Origin: the human T2T-CHM13v2.0 reference genome, Homo sapiens
Length of the DNA stretch: 64,000 nucleotides
Reading direction: 5' to 3' (one strand)
Assembly (NCBI RefSeq): GCF_009914755.1
Contig: NC_060934.1
The position numbers and the translations under genes are program-made. The notes under the pieces were generated by a model. The model searched no databases. It worked only from the letters and a program-made list of their open reading frames with translations, and was not told the DNA's origin. Shown here in pieces: positions 1 to 18,260 of the stretch; positions within the stretch are counted from its first letter, which is position 1; every line of letters begins with the position of its first letter.

Positions 1-859
1 AATATCTGGTAATTAATAAGCATAATATAATTCCTTCCTAAATTTGCCCCACAGAGTACCATATAACTCAATACTTTCTAGAGATACTTAATAGTAAAAA
101 ATGGACTGACATTAATCACATTCAAATATTTATTGAAATAACATCCAGGAAGTCAATAACACTCTCTATTGTAGGTAGCATCCATTATTAATACAGTAAG
201 TGTATTAACTGGTATTTGTTAATTATTCACATAGCAAATGATAAGAGTCCCACAAAAGCTGAAAGAGTTAAAGCAATTGTTTAATTTATGTAAAAGTAAG
301 ACTGGCCACAATGACAACCTAGTGATTTAGCATTCACTCATTGGCAAGAAAGCCAGTTGTCATTATTTCTAAAAGAACAAAATACATTAATTCTTATTTT
401 ATTTCACTTTCCAGGAACGTATTTATTGAACACGTGAGCATTAGGTACTACTTTTGTGTTGACTTGCCTACCCTCCCGTGAGAATTTTCTTTCTTAACCA
501 GATTGTTCCTCTCTGACTACTGAAAACATTTTACCGTATCAAATCATTCACCATATTTACATACTATTCCCTCACCTGGAACTGTATCCTCAACCTTGTC
601 ACATTTAAAGGACCCAACCTTTAAACCTAGCTCCAATATTGCCACTATCCCCCTCCGAAACAAGGGGTGTCTGTTTGCCTTTTAACCTCGGGAGTCATTG
701 TCTTCGTGAGCCTCACTCGCCTCAGTTTCAAATGTGCCTCCAATAAGCACTAAGGAGCCTGTTTCACTTGACTCCATAACGTACATTGCCTAGACCCCCC
801 ACCTGACACTCCTTTTCATTCTCAATTTTCTTGCTATGTATGGGGTCCTCTCTGCAAGC

Positions 860-975
860 AGTTCATAAGCAGCTTGGAGATAGACACCGTGCCTTGCCTC
901 TCTCGGCATCCTCCACAGTATGTAAGACAATGACTAACCATCCAGGCTCACAATGTAAATACTGGGAGGATGACT
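860..975 (+). mobile_element. L2 3' end fragment (degenerate)
   Basis: Weak similarity to the L2 3' terminus (taagcagcttggagatagacaccgtg...taaatactgggaggatga). Confidence 0.4.
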
Positions 976-3900
976 TAGGCAGCATCTTCTTTTTCCTCAT
1001 TCACACTCAATTTGCAATTGATCACTAAATGCTACACAGACTACTTTGTATCTTTATATTCACTCTGCCATATCACTGGTTATTTTCCAATTATACGGGA
1101 GTTGGGAGGTGACATCAAGGAATCAGCTCTTTTGAGAAGTTTGGCTAGGAAAGAATGAATAAACCTAAGTTAATTGCTTAAAGAGAAGGCTGGATCAAGA
1201 AGGATTTTATGAGCAGGGCTTGGAGGGAAACATGAGAGTGTTTATAATAAGATGCAGAAAAGAGGACGGTGGAGCAAGAGAGATGGCTAGGACACAAGTT
1301 AGGATTCTGATGGGTAAAGTATAGGAAAGAGCGAGAATGCAATCAGGTGGAACAGTTTATAAGCTTTTTTAAAAATACACATTCGTGTGCTGGGAAAAAC
1401 TGGAGCACATCTAAATTTTCGAACAAAGCAGTTAGGTGGATGCCCATTTGAAACCCAATATGCACTGTGAAGACAGTAGATCGCCAGCATCATTGTGGGA
1501 TATTTAGCATGTGTTGAGCGCTCACCATCTCCCAGGCACCGTACCAGGGCGAACTTACATACATTATCTCATTCAATTACCGCCCTAGCAATTTAGCATG
1601 CTAACACCATGAAGTATTAAATGCAGCATAAAAAACCTCCACTAGGAAAGCTTATCAAAAGGGTTATTTTGCTTTTTAACTCAGTTGTAGCAGAATGTCT
1701 TGGTGCCATTTTACAGGAATTGAAGAGATGTATTTATATAGTGACTGCAACCAGAATAACTCCCTCCAAGAAAGTTCCCATGAGGCGGTTACAGTGCTCT
1801 TCTGGAGTTGTAATAAAGCAAATGATTCAGTAAGTTCAATCCTTCCATTGTGTGATTAACAGAGACAGAGAACATTACACAGATCACCAAACTGCAGCGT
1901 GCTCACAGCAAAGCACCACAGCCCCAGCCTGACAGCCCAGAGACCAATAGATACCGCTGTCCAGAAAAAAATACAGCCTTTCAGGTAAAAAAGCCTGGTT
2001 ACAGCAGAGTCCAGAAACATGGTGTTGCTGCTTTTTTGTTTTGCTTTGTTTTGTTTGTTTACTATTTTGTCCTTTACTGTACAGGTAAACCAAGCACCAT
2101 TTTCTAGCGTTTTTTTTTCTTAAGCAACATGTACATTTCTCAAATAACCCCATTATATTTTTCAATAATATCACTGAGAAATACTATCCACAAATATATG
2201 AATGACCTGGATACCTTTCACTCGTGTCAGCCATCATATTTGTATTCTGAATTCATAAATCAGAAAATATTTCATAATCATTGGGATGAGTTTATATGTG
2301 GAAATGCAACAAAGAACAGGTTTTTAAAAAAATCTATGGAATATTTCAGAGCGTATGTACAGAAGGAAGTAGAAATAAAGGAAATTTAATTTTAAAAGAC
2401 AGTCTAAAAGCAAGAAACCAGGCCTAGGATCCATAGTTGCTTCATCAAAATCGCTGCACACCTCTACATGAATGTCCATGCACATGCCCTTTATTCTCAC
2501 AGAGTTATAAAGAATAAACCCGAAACTCAAGAGAACAGTCTCACCTCACACCTCAGACTACACTAATCCATGCACCAGTAGTCTTGAAACATAATGAAAT
2601 TGATTGAGCAAGACAAAACACAGAGAATGAAATATTAGTCTCAACAATAACTATAGCATTCCAAAATCCCAAAGAAAAAAAATTACACTGTGATAGGACT
2701 GACAAAAAAAGAATATACATATATTTATTTATTGCTTTAACTCATACAGTAGAAAGATTAAATTACATCTAGATTTTTTTATTCTATTCAACACACATGG
2801 ATTATTGAGGTACTCTACCTACCCCGTATCAATAAATAATATTAAATGAAGGAAGACTGATTCATGACCGGCATAAATTTTTTCAGTATTGCTACTTTCC
2901 ATGGACATTGCTGCTTTAGTGTTCTCTCTCTGATACCAACACACACACACCACAATCATAACCATAAACTAAATGACTACATACTCCGAATAGATGGCTG
3001 TTAGAAAATACTCACACTAATTGATAATGACATCATGCTGGTATGCACATTACAATGTAAATGAGGCTTTCAGACTCATTTATGGCTCTTTTATTCAAAG
3101 TTTAGTACTTATTGCTTTTCTTTCAATGGTTAAGAAGGTTCTTCTTAAGGCTGTGGGATTACTTATTCCTGCTGATTTTGCCCCTTGGAATTGGACCAAG
3201 AGTACCAATTTTTAACTGTATTTTAAAACAGATGCTTACCAGCAATGAAGCAGAATTGAAATGTATAATGGAAACCACATTACTGGAAGAAAACAAGTAA
3301 AGAGAAAACTGATTAACAGATTTATGCAGGCAGCCGTTTGCTTTATTAAAAATTGAATTATTCTTTGCATCAAAATACAATATCACTGTTTCCATGCATT
3401 CGTCTGAGTGTGTACGAAGAGAAAGCATCCAAATGAATATCTTTTATTACAGATCGATTTTGAAAGGTGGCTTAAAATCCATCTCACGCACATCTGTAAG
3501 CTTAAGTGACTTCTCAGGGTCATATGAAAGATCTAGGAATAAAAAGCATAACTCTGAACTTCCCCTGAAGTGTTTGTAAAACTTGGCCAGATTTAGCAAA
3601 ACCTGGAAAGAAAACAATGCTTGATATCATGCCCAACTTTTCTTTGGCTCATATCTGTAATGATTCACAGCAAGACCACATGGTTTCCCTATGTCTCAAC
3701 TCCTTCCTTTTCTACGAATTCATGTTTCGAAAAGCCTCCATTACTCTCTTCAACAATATAGAGTATGGAGGAAAATTAGAGAAATGCAAAGTTACAATCT
3801 TGATGGAGATGTAGGAATCTTTTTTTCTTTTTCCTTGTAAGTAAACTTGAACAAAGCTAATCAGTCACATCATTAGGTAGTAAATACTTAAGTACAAGAA

Positions 3901-6900
3901 GGCTTATGTTCACTGCGTTTAACCCACTTATAAGAACATTCCTCTATGTTTAAAATAATTGCACATTACACATATAAATCATAACAAGTAACTCATTACC
4001 TAGATATTGTTCACTTATTACACTGCTCATGATGGAGGGAGGAAACTGCATGTGTTTTCATTCTCAAAGAACTGAATAAGTTTTTTTTTTTTAATGTAGT
4101 ATATGCTCTACTAAAGTGAAGGAGGAGAAAACACTTCATTACTGAAAGTAAATTACTGAGATGTAAAATTGGGATCAGAAATGATGGAAACATTAAGAGA
4201 AGTAGACTGTGATGATCTCACCAAGTGATATCACTGTAGTCATTTTTCAGTGCAGTAGTAATTTGGCAGAGGAATGGTCTGACAGTAGCTCTACATTTTG
4301 CTTAGCTGAGAGCTTCCCTTGTAGCATAATACATCATGGAATTGAAAGCATTCAGCTTTGTTTTGCAATTCACAATTCAGCCCAGGTGGGCCACTATTAC
4401 ACAATAACCGTGCAGCTGTTAGTATCATTGCCTAAATTGCCCTTCCTTTTTAAAATTTACAGTATAATCTGCTCAACCAATAGATACTAATGTCCAAAAA
4501 CTCAGCTTTTATTTACCATTTACTCCCTGTAAAGGTCCAAAATAACTAACAAATCATTCTCAAAGGAATTCCAATTATGCTGCTTGTTCCCTTAAAGAGT
4601 ATAAAGGAGTAAAATGTCAGCATTGTGTGTAAGAAATAAAGTGCTCACAACACCTGCTAACAATACATACTGTATAAAGCACTTAGCCTGTAATGCGTTT
4701 CTGGAAATCATTTCAGAAATTTACAAACATAATTTTTGGCCTATCTTCCCACCATTGTAAAGACCCTACCATATGCTACAATTTTCATCTGAATTGCCTG
4801 ATTCTTTATTCTTGATGTTAATATGGTGGGGGGAGCCTACAGATACATAGATTTTTGTCAGACTTAATGCTCATAAAAATTAATAGCTTCTGTTGAAACT
4901 TTCTGATCCCAATGAAATTGTTCATTTATTTCACTGATAGTGTTTGTCTTCCTCCAAAAGCTGTTGAGCACATCCAAAGAGCTTTGTTCAGTCTGACAAA
5001 TGATAAGTAGAACATGTGTTTACTCATTTGTTTTCAAGCCTTTGAAAACATTTTTTTTTTTTTTTTGGTTCTAAGGGCTTTCAAAGAGAACAATAAATTA
5101 AACAAATAAGTGGGCTGAGAACAGAAAGGTCAAACCTAGGTGTAATCTATGATTTGTCAATAGATGGTAACTAAAATCACAAAGAATGACATCTTTATAT
5201 TTTACAGATGAGACTGACTACATGCTAAAGAGGCCCTTACCCAATATTTTCACTCTTAACCAGTTCTTTTGGCAACTTTTATAGGATTTTCTTTTTAATC
5301 AGGGAAGCATTTTCCTCATCAAATATCTGCCATATCATGTTTAAAATTAGTTCAGAAACAAGCAAATTTCCTCATCCTATTGCCCCATGTAAGCATCTCT
5401 CTTTGTTGTTCGCACTGTCTATGTGAGCTTAAGACCAATTCTGTGACTGAAATGATGTTTCCCTCTGACGTGGATATTTCTACATGACAATATTTGACTA
5501 ACAAGTATATGAATATACCTGACACAGCTTTAGGACTCTAATCTCTATGAACAGTTTCTCAGTATGTGTTATTAAAAAGTTATCTGATCCTGATTCTGTT
5601 GTTTTCTGCTTCTCTGAAATAGCTCTCATTCATTAATTATTTATTTGATTTATAGAAAATGTGTTCACTGCCCAAGGACTTCTGGGCTTTTGCATAAAAT
5701 TTAAACTAAATCTGGCAGCTAAAATCCCTCTTAAACTATAATGAAATTACCAAGTTAATGGAGCAGTGTAATCAAACCAAAGTTAATAAATATGGTGTGG
5801 CCTTAATAGATGCCATAAGAACAAATGTCAATAGATATTGACAATTTGCCATGTGAATGCATGACATTTATTATGTTTATACTCATGTTGTCATGCATTT
5901 ATTATTTTATGGTCCAGTTATACCCAGTGTATTGGAACCACAGCATTGGGCCTTGCAGAAATTAAAGAAATAAACAATTTCCACTTTCCAAAAGTAAGTT
6001 ATCCAGGATTTTTTTAAATAGCACACATTAAAGTTCACCAGAGGAGTTAGTCCATCAATATGCACACACTCCTACTAACACACACTATGAAAAATGCGCC
6101 TTTAAAGCTCAGTAGAAACACACTAGTCTAGAGGTGAGGTTTTTAGTTGGAAATACACTAAATGGTGGTTGTTGCACCTCTTTGTATCTTTTATGCTTCA
6201 ATGGGGAAAATACTTAAACTCACAGGAGTCTGTTTTTGGCATGCAGGCACATAATCCTTTGGAGCACCCACGGTTCTTGCCTTCTTCGAGAAGCTCTTTA
6301 TAAACATCTGCTTGCATAGCACAGACTATATTTCAAATTCTGAACTCAAGAATGAAAGTGCTCCCAAAACTGATTGCAGAGCACAGAGAGACAGCCCTTT
6401 TACTGAAATGTGTTTTACCAAGTTCTGCTCTGATCCCTAAATTAGATGAAAAGAGATGGCAAACACATACACACGACTGGCTACATCACCTTTTAGATCT
6501 TATTATTCTTAAGTTTCTTGTTTATGTGTTCAAAGAAACAGTAATAAACTGCCAGAAAACCTATGTGTTTTTTACTGGCATAAAAAATAAGAAATCACAT
6601 TATTGATTTACTATTTTCATTAACAACACTGAAATGCTTTTAGCTTTCTCATACAAACATTGTTGGTGAGTAGGCCAAAGCTTTGAAAACCAGGACTTGG
6701 GCAGTGGAAGCACAACATTTTTCAAGGGAAAATATAACAAATTCTTTATGAAGAATTACAATTAATAAGTTGCTCCAGGAGGTTTGAGCACAATGGTTTC
6801 TGGGTAATTGAACTGGTAAAAAAAATTTTCCTTTTTCTTTTTAAAGAAGTGTAGTAGGTAATTGTTGAAATGGGAGGAATAGCTACACAGAAGTTCATTA

Positions 6901-7129
6901 TGCTACTCTCTCTATTCTTGTGTGAGTTTGTAAATTTCTCTTAAGAAGTAAAAAATAACATTGCATATATATTGTAGAAAACTTGCAAAGTACAAATAAA
7001 CAAGAAAAAAATCACCCAAAGACATTTAATATTTTAGACATGCCTCTAGTTCTTCCATTAAATAAATATATATTATAATTATACAGATAGATACACAAAT
7101 GAGTATCATGTTGTATATATCTTACTTTG

Positions 7130-7700
7130 TCATGTATTCTCTTAATTTATCATTAACAACTTCTAAAACGTGATACTTTGTAACCATCTAAAATTTCATT
7201 TTATGAGTCTGACTTGATTTACTTTATCATTATCCCATTACTGGACATTACCTTATTTCTCCCTTTTCCCCTACAATTATAAACAATGTTAGACTAAAAA
7301 TTATAGGTGTATTTGCAGACATTTATGATTATGTCCTTAAGACACATTTCTAGCAATATAATTTCCAAGTCAAGGAGTATGCAAAAATTTATGCATATTG
7401 TCAAGGAGTATGCATAAATTTTTATGCATATTGTCATATGAACATCTAGAAATATTACAAATGCACATGCCCACAAAAAGTGCATGAGACTGTCCTGCCC
7501 CCATGCTTGCTACTGTTGAAGGGCAAGAGGAGCTATGATTGTTTTAGCTTGCATTTCTTTCAACATTCGTGAAGTTGAACACTTTTCATGTTTTTCTTTT
7601 CATTATTTTTTTCTTTTGAGATACACTCACTTACCTTCTTATTTATTTTTCTATGGGGGTGGGAGATTTGTCTTTTTCTTATTACCTCATACTTATTTCA
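7130..7700 (-). mobile_element. old L1M (L1ME-like) 3' fragment
   Basis: Degenerate reverse-strand L1 3' motifs (ctggacattacc, gttttagcttgcatttcttt...gaagttgaacacttttcatg). Confidence 0.5.
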
Positions 7701-7776
7701 ATAATTCCACTAATGCAATATAAAAATTGGTTAAATTTTTATGCCTTAATTGCCCCATATCAAGACATGATTTCCA

Positions 7777-8072
7777 GACAGGTGCAGTGGCTTATCCCTA
7801 TAATCCCAGCACTTTGGGAAGCCAAAGAAGGAAGATCACTTGAGGCCAGAAGTTTGAGACCAGCATGGTTAACATAGTAAGACCCTGTCTCCACAAAATA
7901 CTTAAAAATTAGCCAAGTGTGGTGGCATGTGCCTGTAGTCCCTGCTACTTGGGATGCTGAGGCAGGAGGATCACTTGAGCCCAGGTGTTCAAGGCTTCAG
8001 TGAGTCATGATCATGCCACTGTCCTTCAGCCTGAGCAACACAGCAAGACCCTGTCTCAATTAAAAAAATAAA
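7777..8072 (+). mobile_element. AluJ (Jo/Jr-like)
   Basis: Full dimer with J-type diagnostics (gatcacttgagcccagg, gaccctgtctc); perfect 15-bp TSD aagacatgatttcca at 7762-7776 and 8073-8087. Confidence 0.93.
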
Positions 8073-8239
8073 AAGACATGATTTCCATACAAGTGAAACC
8101 ATGCTCAATATATTAATTGGCCACTGAAGACAATTCTCTCTAGTGGCCAAAGTACTAATTATGGAAATAATATTATGAATGCTCACCCCTTGTATCACTG
8201 ACAAAAAACAACTACTTTCCACCTATGTAAGTAATTGGA

Positions 8240-12998
<4,759 letters not shown>

Positions 12999-13225
12999 GA
13001 AAGAACTTAGTTGTAGGTGTGCAAGTGAATGGAAGGACAGGGTCTGTGTACATAGAAGAGGCAATCTTAAACTCAAGTGAATTTTCCTTTACCCCCACCA
13101 TTCCAGCAATTATCCCTATCCAAGTTTAGTCATCTATCTGAGAAATGAAATTGTGAAGGTTTTCATATTATTTTACTTCCTTTAATGGTACAATTATACA
13201 GATTAAGATAGGTGAGAGAAAACAA

Positions 13226-13231
13226 TTTTTT

Positions 13232-13266
<35 letters not shown>

Positions 13267-13545
13267 AGACGGAGTTTACTCTTGTTGCCCAGGCTGGAGT
13301 GCAATGGGCAATCTCGGCTCACCGCAACCTCCAACTCCCAGGTTCAAGTGATTCTCCTGCCTCAGCCTCCGGAGTAGCTGGGATTACAGGCATGCGCCAA
13401 CATGCCTGGCTAATTTTGTGTTTTTAGTAGAGCCAGGTTTTATCCATGTTGGTCAGGCTGGTCTCGAACTTCCAACCTCAGGTGATCTGCCCACCTCAGC
13501 CTCTCAAAGTGCTGGGATTACAGATGTGAGCCACTGCGCCCGGCC
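13226..13545 (-). mobile_element. AluSp-like
   Basis: cttgttgccc, gcaatgg, caccgcaacc and ggtcaggctgg diagnostics; long poly-T; TSD gagaaaaca at 13216-13224 and 13546-13554. Confidence 0.92.
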
Positions 13546-13660
13546 GAGAAAACAGATTATTTTGGTCATTGGACTATTTATTTTCACAAAACGTGCAATA
13601 TTCCTTAGCTTCAGTTAAAACAAGTATGTGCACAATCTATGTTTTCTATTTCCTTTTGAA

Positions 13661-13930
13661 CAGTAGACACCCCTCATTTTCAGGGATACATTCCAAGACT
13701 CCCAGTGGATGCCTGAAATTGCAAGTAGTATTGAACTCTATAAATACTGCTTTTTCCTACATATACATACCCCTATGATGAAGTTTAATTTAAAAATTAA
13801 TCACAATAAGAAAGTAACAATGACTACAAAATAGAACAACTATGACAATATACTGTAATAAAAGTTACATAAAAGTAGTCTCTCTCTCTTTCCCCTCGCC
13901 CCACACCAAATATCTTATTGCACTGCACCA
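13661..13930 (+). mobile_element. MER44/Tigger7-like DNA transposon fragment
   Basis: cagtag...gggatacattccaagactcccagtggatgcctgaaa...aatatactgtaataaaagtta...aaatatcttattg matches the recalled Tigger7/MER44B left part. Confidence 0.75.
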
Positions 13931-14937
13931 CATGTATGAAGAGCAAAAACATGGAAAAGGGGTGATTACTGTAGTTGCCATTTTAGAAATCCATGTTCAT
14001 GTTTACATCACTGGATTTTACCCCATTCATCTCCCTTGCTAATGTTTAAAAAATTAAACTTCAAAGGTAAATAAATGAATGTGTTATATTATTTATATAA
14101 ATTATTGTCCACAGTATATTTTAATGTATTTATTATAACTATAAACATACATTTACTTATTGTAACATACATTTGTTTATCATTATAAAAGCTAGTGTAA
14201 TGAGACTCTTCCAGCCACATCAGTCTCAACATCAAATTTATTTCAATATTCTGACTTGGTTTCATAGTACTAAAATGAATTTTTGAACTACATAAGTAAT
14301 TACAAATGATAGTTTGAAAAAAAAAAACCAAAAACCTTCCCTAGTTGTCTCAGGATACACTTCAATTAGGTAATTCAGACCTTAAAATAAAATCAAGGTG
14401 TAATCACTAATTGTATCCCAGCTTTTCTCAAAATAAGGCAGGCAAAAAGCACCTAAACCTAGTAACACTAGAAATACCTTTAGTATCACACTATATAAAT
14501 ATGTTATAGGTTCCCTTGTTAATGAGTTGCCAATGATTCCACTACGATGTGAACATATAACCACCAGACATACTTGATTCTACTCCATGCTATACTTGAG
14601 CTGTTAAGCAATTTTATGTAAACAGGCATGCTAAGGCTTGATTTTTTTTTACATCATGAAAAATTAAAACACCCTTAGCCAAGGAAACATTTACATACTG
14701 TTCAAATGCATAAAGACGAAAAAACATTTGCACATCTGCAAAAAGTACCTACCTAACACAGTTTAGTAAGCTGGGTCCCTCCAATATGTTAATATGTGGA
14801 CTATAATATATTTAAGTATGTGCTTTTAAGTATAGTATGAAAATATGGTTAATAATAGATGTTTTAAAAGCTAATAAATAATATCCTGGTGATCTGTATT
14901 TATAAATACAAATACAGTTTGTAAGCTACTGCTTTGA

Positions 14938-15120
14938 GACAGTACAGTGTATGTAACTTGGGTTCTTAATCAGATAGTCCTGAGTTAAAATTCTATTGTC
15001 TCTACTAAATAGCTGTGTAATACTGGGTAGATAATTAACTTCTTTAAGCCTCGGTGTCCATATCTGTTGCAAGGTTTAAGAAAGAAACACACAAAAGGCA
15101 CTTAGCCAGAATGCTAGTTA
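14938..15120 (+). mobile_element. MIR
   Basis: MIR core: tagctgtgtaatactgggtagataattaacttctttaagcctcggtgtccatatctgt. Confidence 0.7.
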
Positions 15121-15149
15121 TGATAATAGCGATGATACACTTTGCTCAA

Positions 15150-15545
15150 TTCTCATCTTTTGTCTAAGGCCTATCCTGATTGTCCTATTCAAGACTGCAA
15201 CATACCTTGATTTTCTTAACCCCACACTTCTAATCTCCTCAATCTGCCCAATTTTTCCCACTTGCTAAACAAACTATTAACCATCAGCCCATAGGATTTC
15301 CAGTTTTTAAAAAATCACATATAATTAGGCTTTTTGTAGATCTTAACTCCTCAGAGTCACAAAGACAGGATGCCTTCCAAAATAATAATTAGCAAGTTCG
15401 TAAATCTTCAGATAGAATATAGATTTTTCAACTCATCAGAATAGAATTTCTGAGAGGACAGAGTTTTTGCCTCTTTTGTTGACAATGCTTAGAATAGTAC
15501 CTGATACCTATACAGTAGTCCATAAATATTTGTTGGATGAATGCA
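15150..15545 (+). mobile_element. L2 3' end
   Basis: gcttagaatagtacctgatac...cataaatatttgttggatgaatg, a typical L2 terminus. Confidence 0.65.
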
Positions 15546-17190
15546 TGATAATAGGAAAATGTCTCAGTGTGCATTTTCAGCAATTTTACCTGGTCTTAAA
15601 TTGTGGAAAAAAATTCTTTACTCCATTTTTTTGTTCCTGATTCTCAATGTAATAGTATAATTAAGCACTAATCACTAAAGTTGGAGTTAGAAACCAGGAC
15701 TTAATAAGGAGTTTGACTCTCCATGTATGGATACAACCCAAGCCAGCTTCATTGGTGTCCCCCAGGATTTAGGGTTTGCATAAGGAAGAAAGGGACAGCT
15801 CTCTGGGCAAAGACAGAAGCTAAAGTCTACAATGTTTCATCTAGCATATGCTGCTGCCAGAGAAAAATTATTGCAACATTATGTGTCCACAAGAAAAACG
15901 GGCCCTTCTTTGTCCAGTCAAGGAAGGAACAGCAATTTTGCCAATGGTTTTTAGAGGATGCAACAGCAACACGAAATCAGAAGCATATTCTGCTCTGCTG
16001 TCTCAAGCTGTCCTTGGACCCTGTACCAGTGACCACTGGAGTCTCCCACTTATGGAGTCCATCGAGTAGTCTGACTCTTCTTGAGTATGGCCCAAGATTT
16101 GATGGGAAGGCTGCCACATCAAGAATGGCCAGACATTCAGGAGAAGACTGCCCAGGCAAGAGCAACCCACCAAGCCTTTAAGAATGTATACTTTAAACAT
16201 ATCTCCACTACCTAATTCATCTGCTGAATTGCAATCAAGTTGCATCAGTCAGCTTTGCATTTATGGCCATGGCATCAATTTAAGTCTAATGCTCAAAAGG
16301 GAAAAAAAGTCTCATTTCAGAGTGTCATTTGTCTAGAGGATGCAGGTCCCAAAAAAGGCATTTTCCTAGTGACCTTCCTAGTAATTACAAGGGTAATTCC
16401 TGAGCAAAGCAGAATCTACTGGAATTCTGTGGCCTAATCTCATATGATTCCTGATGACAGCTGTGTGATCTCATGTCATGGTGGTTTTGACTCAGATGTT
16501 CCATTTGACTCCATTTTCTCTGTCCAAAGTCTGAACATCACTTCTGTTCTGCCATCCAGCTTCCCTTCTGTTCTCTTTTCCAATTGTCTACTTTTGTTTT
16601 TCTGTGCAAACATTCTAAGTTTGTATTCCTTAGCATAAGGAACTGTTTAAAAATTTTCTGAGAAGAATCATCAATGTTACATGGAGATAGAGTAATTTTT
16701 CCTAAGGTTTCTCAGCAGCTCAAAAATATTCCTCAACCTTCACTATTCTAAATTGCACCAAAGCTACGCCTATCTGTGTACCAGTGACCATGAGTGGCAC
16801 CATAAGGGGCATGATGAGACTATCATCAAAATAACAGGCTGGAGACCAACCATTAACCACCAAGAGACTATGATTTCTAGTTTCAGAAATATCATATATA
16901 ATCTTCTCATGCTCTTTACAGACCTACATTTCCAGCACACATAGGCAAATGGTCTATTTCCTTCCAAAATTAATGACTTCTATTATTATAAAATAAAATA
17001 AAATAGAAAATGACTAGTAAATCCTGTGATCATTTGTTAAAATCTTCTGAAAGCTGCACAATGGCACCCTGAATTTCTCTCATGTAAATGCTTAACCTAG
17101 CTTTGAGGCACATGAAATGCATTTCATTCAAAAAGAAGGCACATGGACCTTTTAGCTATGTAGAAAAATAATATTTCAATTTTTCCTACT

Positions 17191-17487
17191 GGCCGCAGTG
17201 GCTCATGCCTATAATTCCAGCACTTTGGGAGGCCAAGGTGGGCAGATTACTTGAGGTCAGGAGTTTGAGACTAGCCTGACCAATATGGTGAAACCCTTTC
17301 TCTATTAAAAATGACAAAAGTTAGCCAAGCTAACAGGTGGTGTGCACCTGTAGTCATAGCTATTCAGGAGGCTGAGGTGGGAGAATCACTTGAACCTAGG
17401 AGGTAGAGGCTGCAGTGAGCCAAGATTGAACCACTGTACTCCAGCTTGGGCAACAGAGTGAGACCCTGTCTCAAAAAAAAAAAAAAA
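17191..17487 (+). mobile_element. AluS/Jb-type element (AluSz-like)
   Basis: Full dimer with A tail; CpGs decayed. Confidence 0.9.
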
Positions 17488-18054
17488 TCCATGTAGTGTA
17501 CTAGAATCAAGATTAACCATAGCTACAAGAATATTTTCTACTGATTAATTTACTTTTTCCATCATCATGCTCTACCATTTATTGGATGCTTAGCAAAGCA
17601 CTGTAACAGATTTTGTGGAGGGTAGAAGAAATCATCATAACAGCTTCTGACACTAGTAAGGGGAATAAAGCTGTCTCTCAGGTGAAGTCTTTGAAGGCAC
17701 CAGAAAAGACCTTCTGTTTTGAAAATATAAGCCCCACAAGTTGGCAATCCTCTATTAAAACCTCGTTCATTTGAGCTGCAAAAGAATTTTCCATCTTCAA
17801 GAGTCTCCTAGTACAAAACAAAACGAATGCCTCCTGGTAAATGATAAGACATATCATCTCATACTTTAGTTATGACTATATACCTGGGTTGATAACCTAC
17901 AAGAGAAACACACTAAATGGATTAGCAATTATTGTGAAGGCCTTGGGGAAGTGGGGAGTAGGGGGTGAGAGGAGAGGCATTGAAAGAGAAATGGAAAGAC
18001 TCCAGAGATAAATTTCATCAACCCAGCCAGGGTCTTGAGCACGCCACACAGCTG

Positions 18055-18260
18055 AAGTAGCATGGCATAGCGAGCAGAGTGGACGGGCTGCAGAATCATA
18101 GAAACTAGTTAATACCTGTGCCTGCCTGCCACATACTTAGCCATGAGACATTAGGTCAGTTACCTTGGCCCTCTGAACCTCAGTGTCCTCGTCTGCAAAA
18201 CAAAAATAATACTATCTACCTCTTAGTGCAAGTAAGCTGATTAGATGAAATAATGCATGT
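18055..18260 (+). mobile_element. MIR (MIRb-like)
   Basis: ctctgaacctcagtgtcctcgtctgcaaaac...aataatactatctacctc...gattagatgaaataatgcatgt. Confidence 0.75.

Noticed and set aside
15723-16181. 152-aa ATG ORF
   Set aside because: No recognisable family, promoter or splice context; the length is compatible with chance in 64 kb. BLASTP, PhyloCSF or Ribo-seq evidence would be needed to rescue it.
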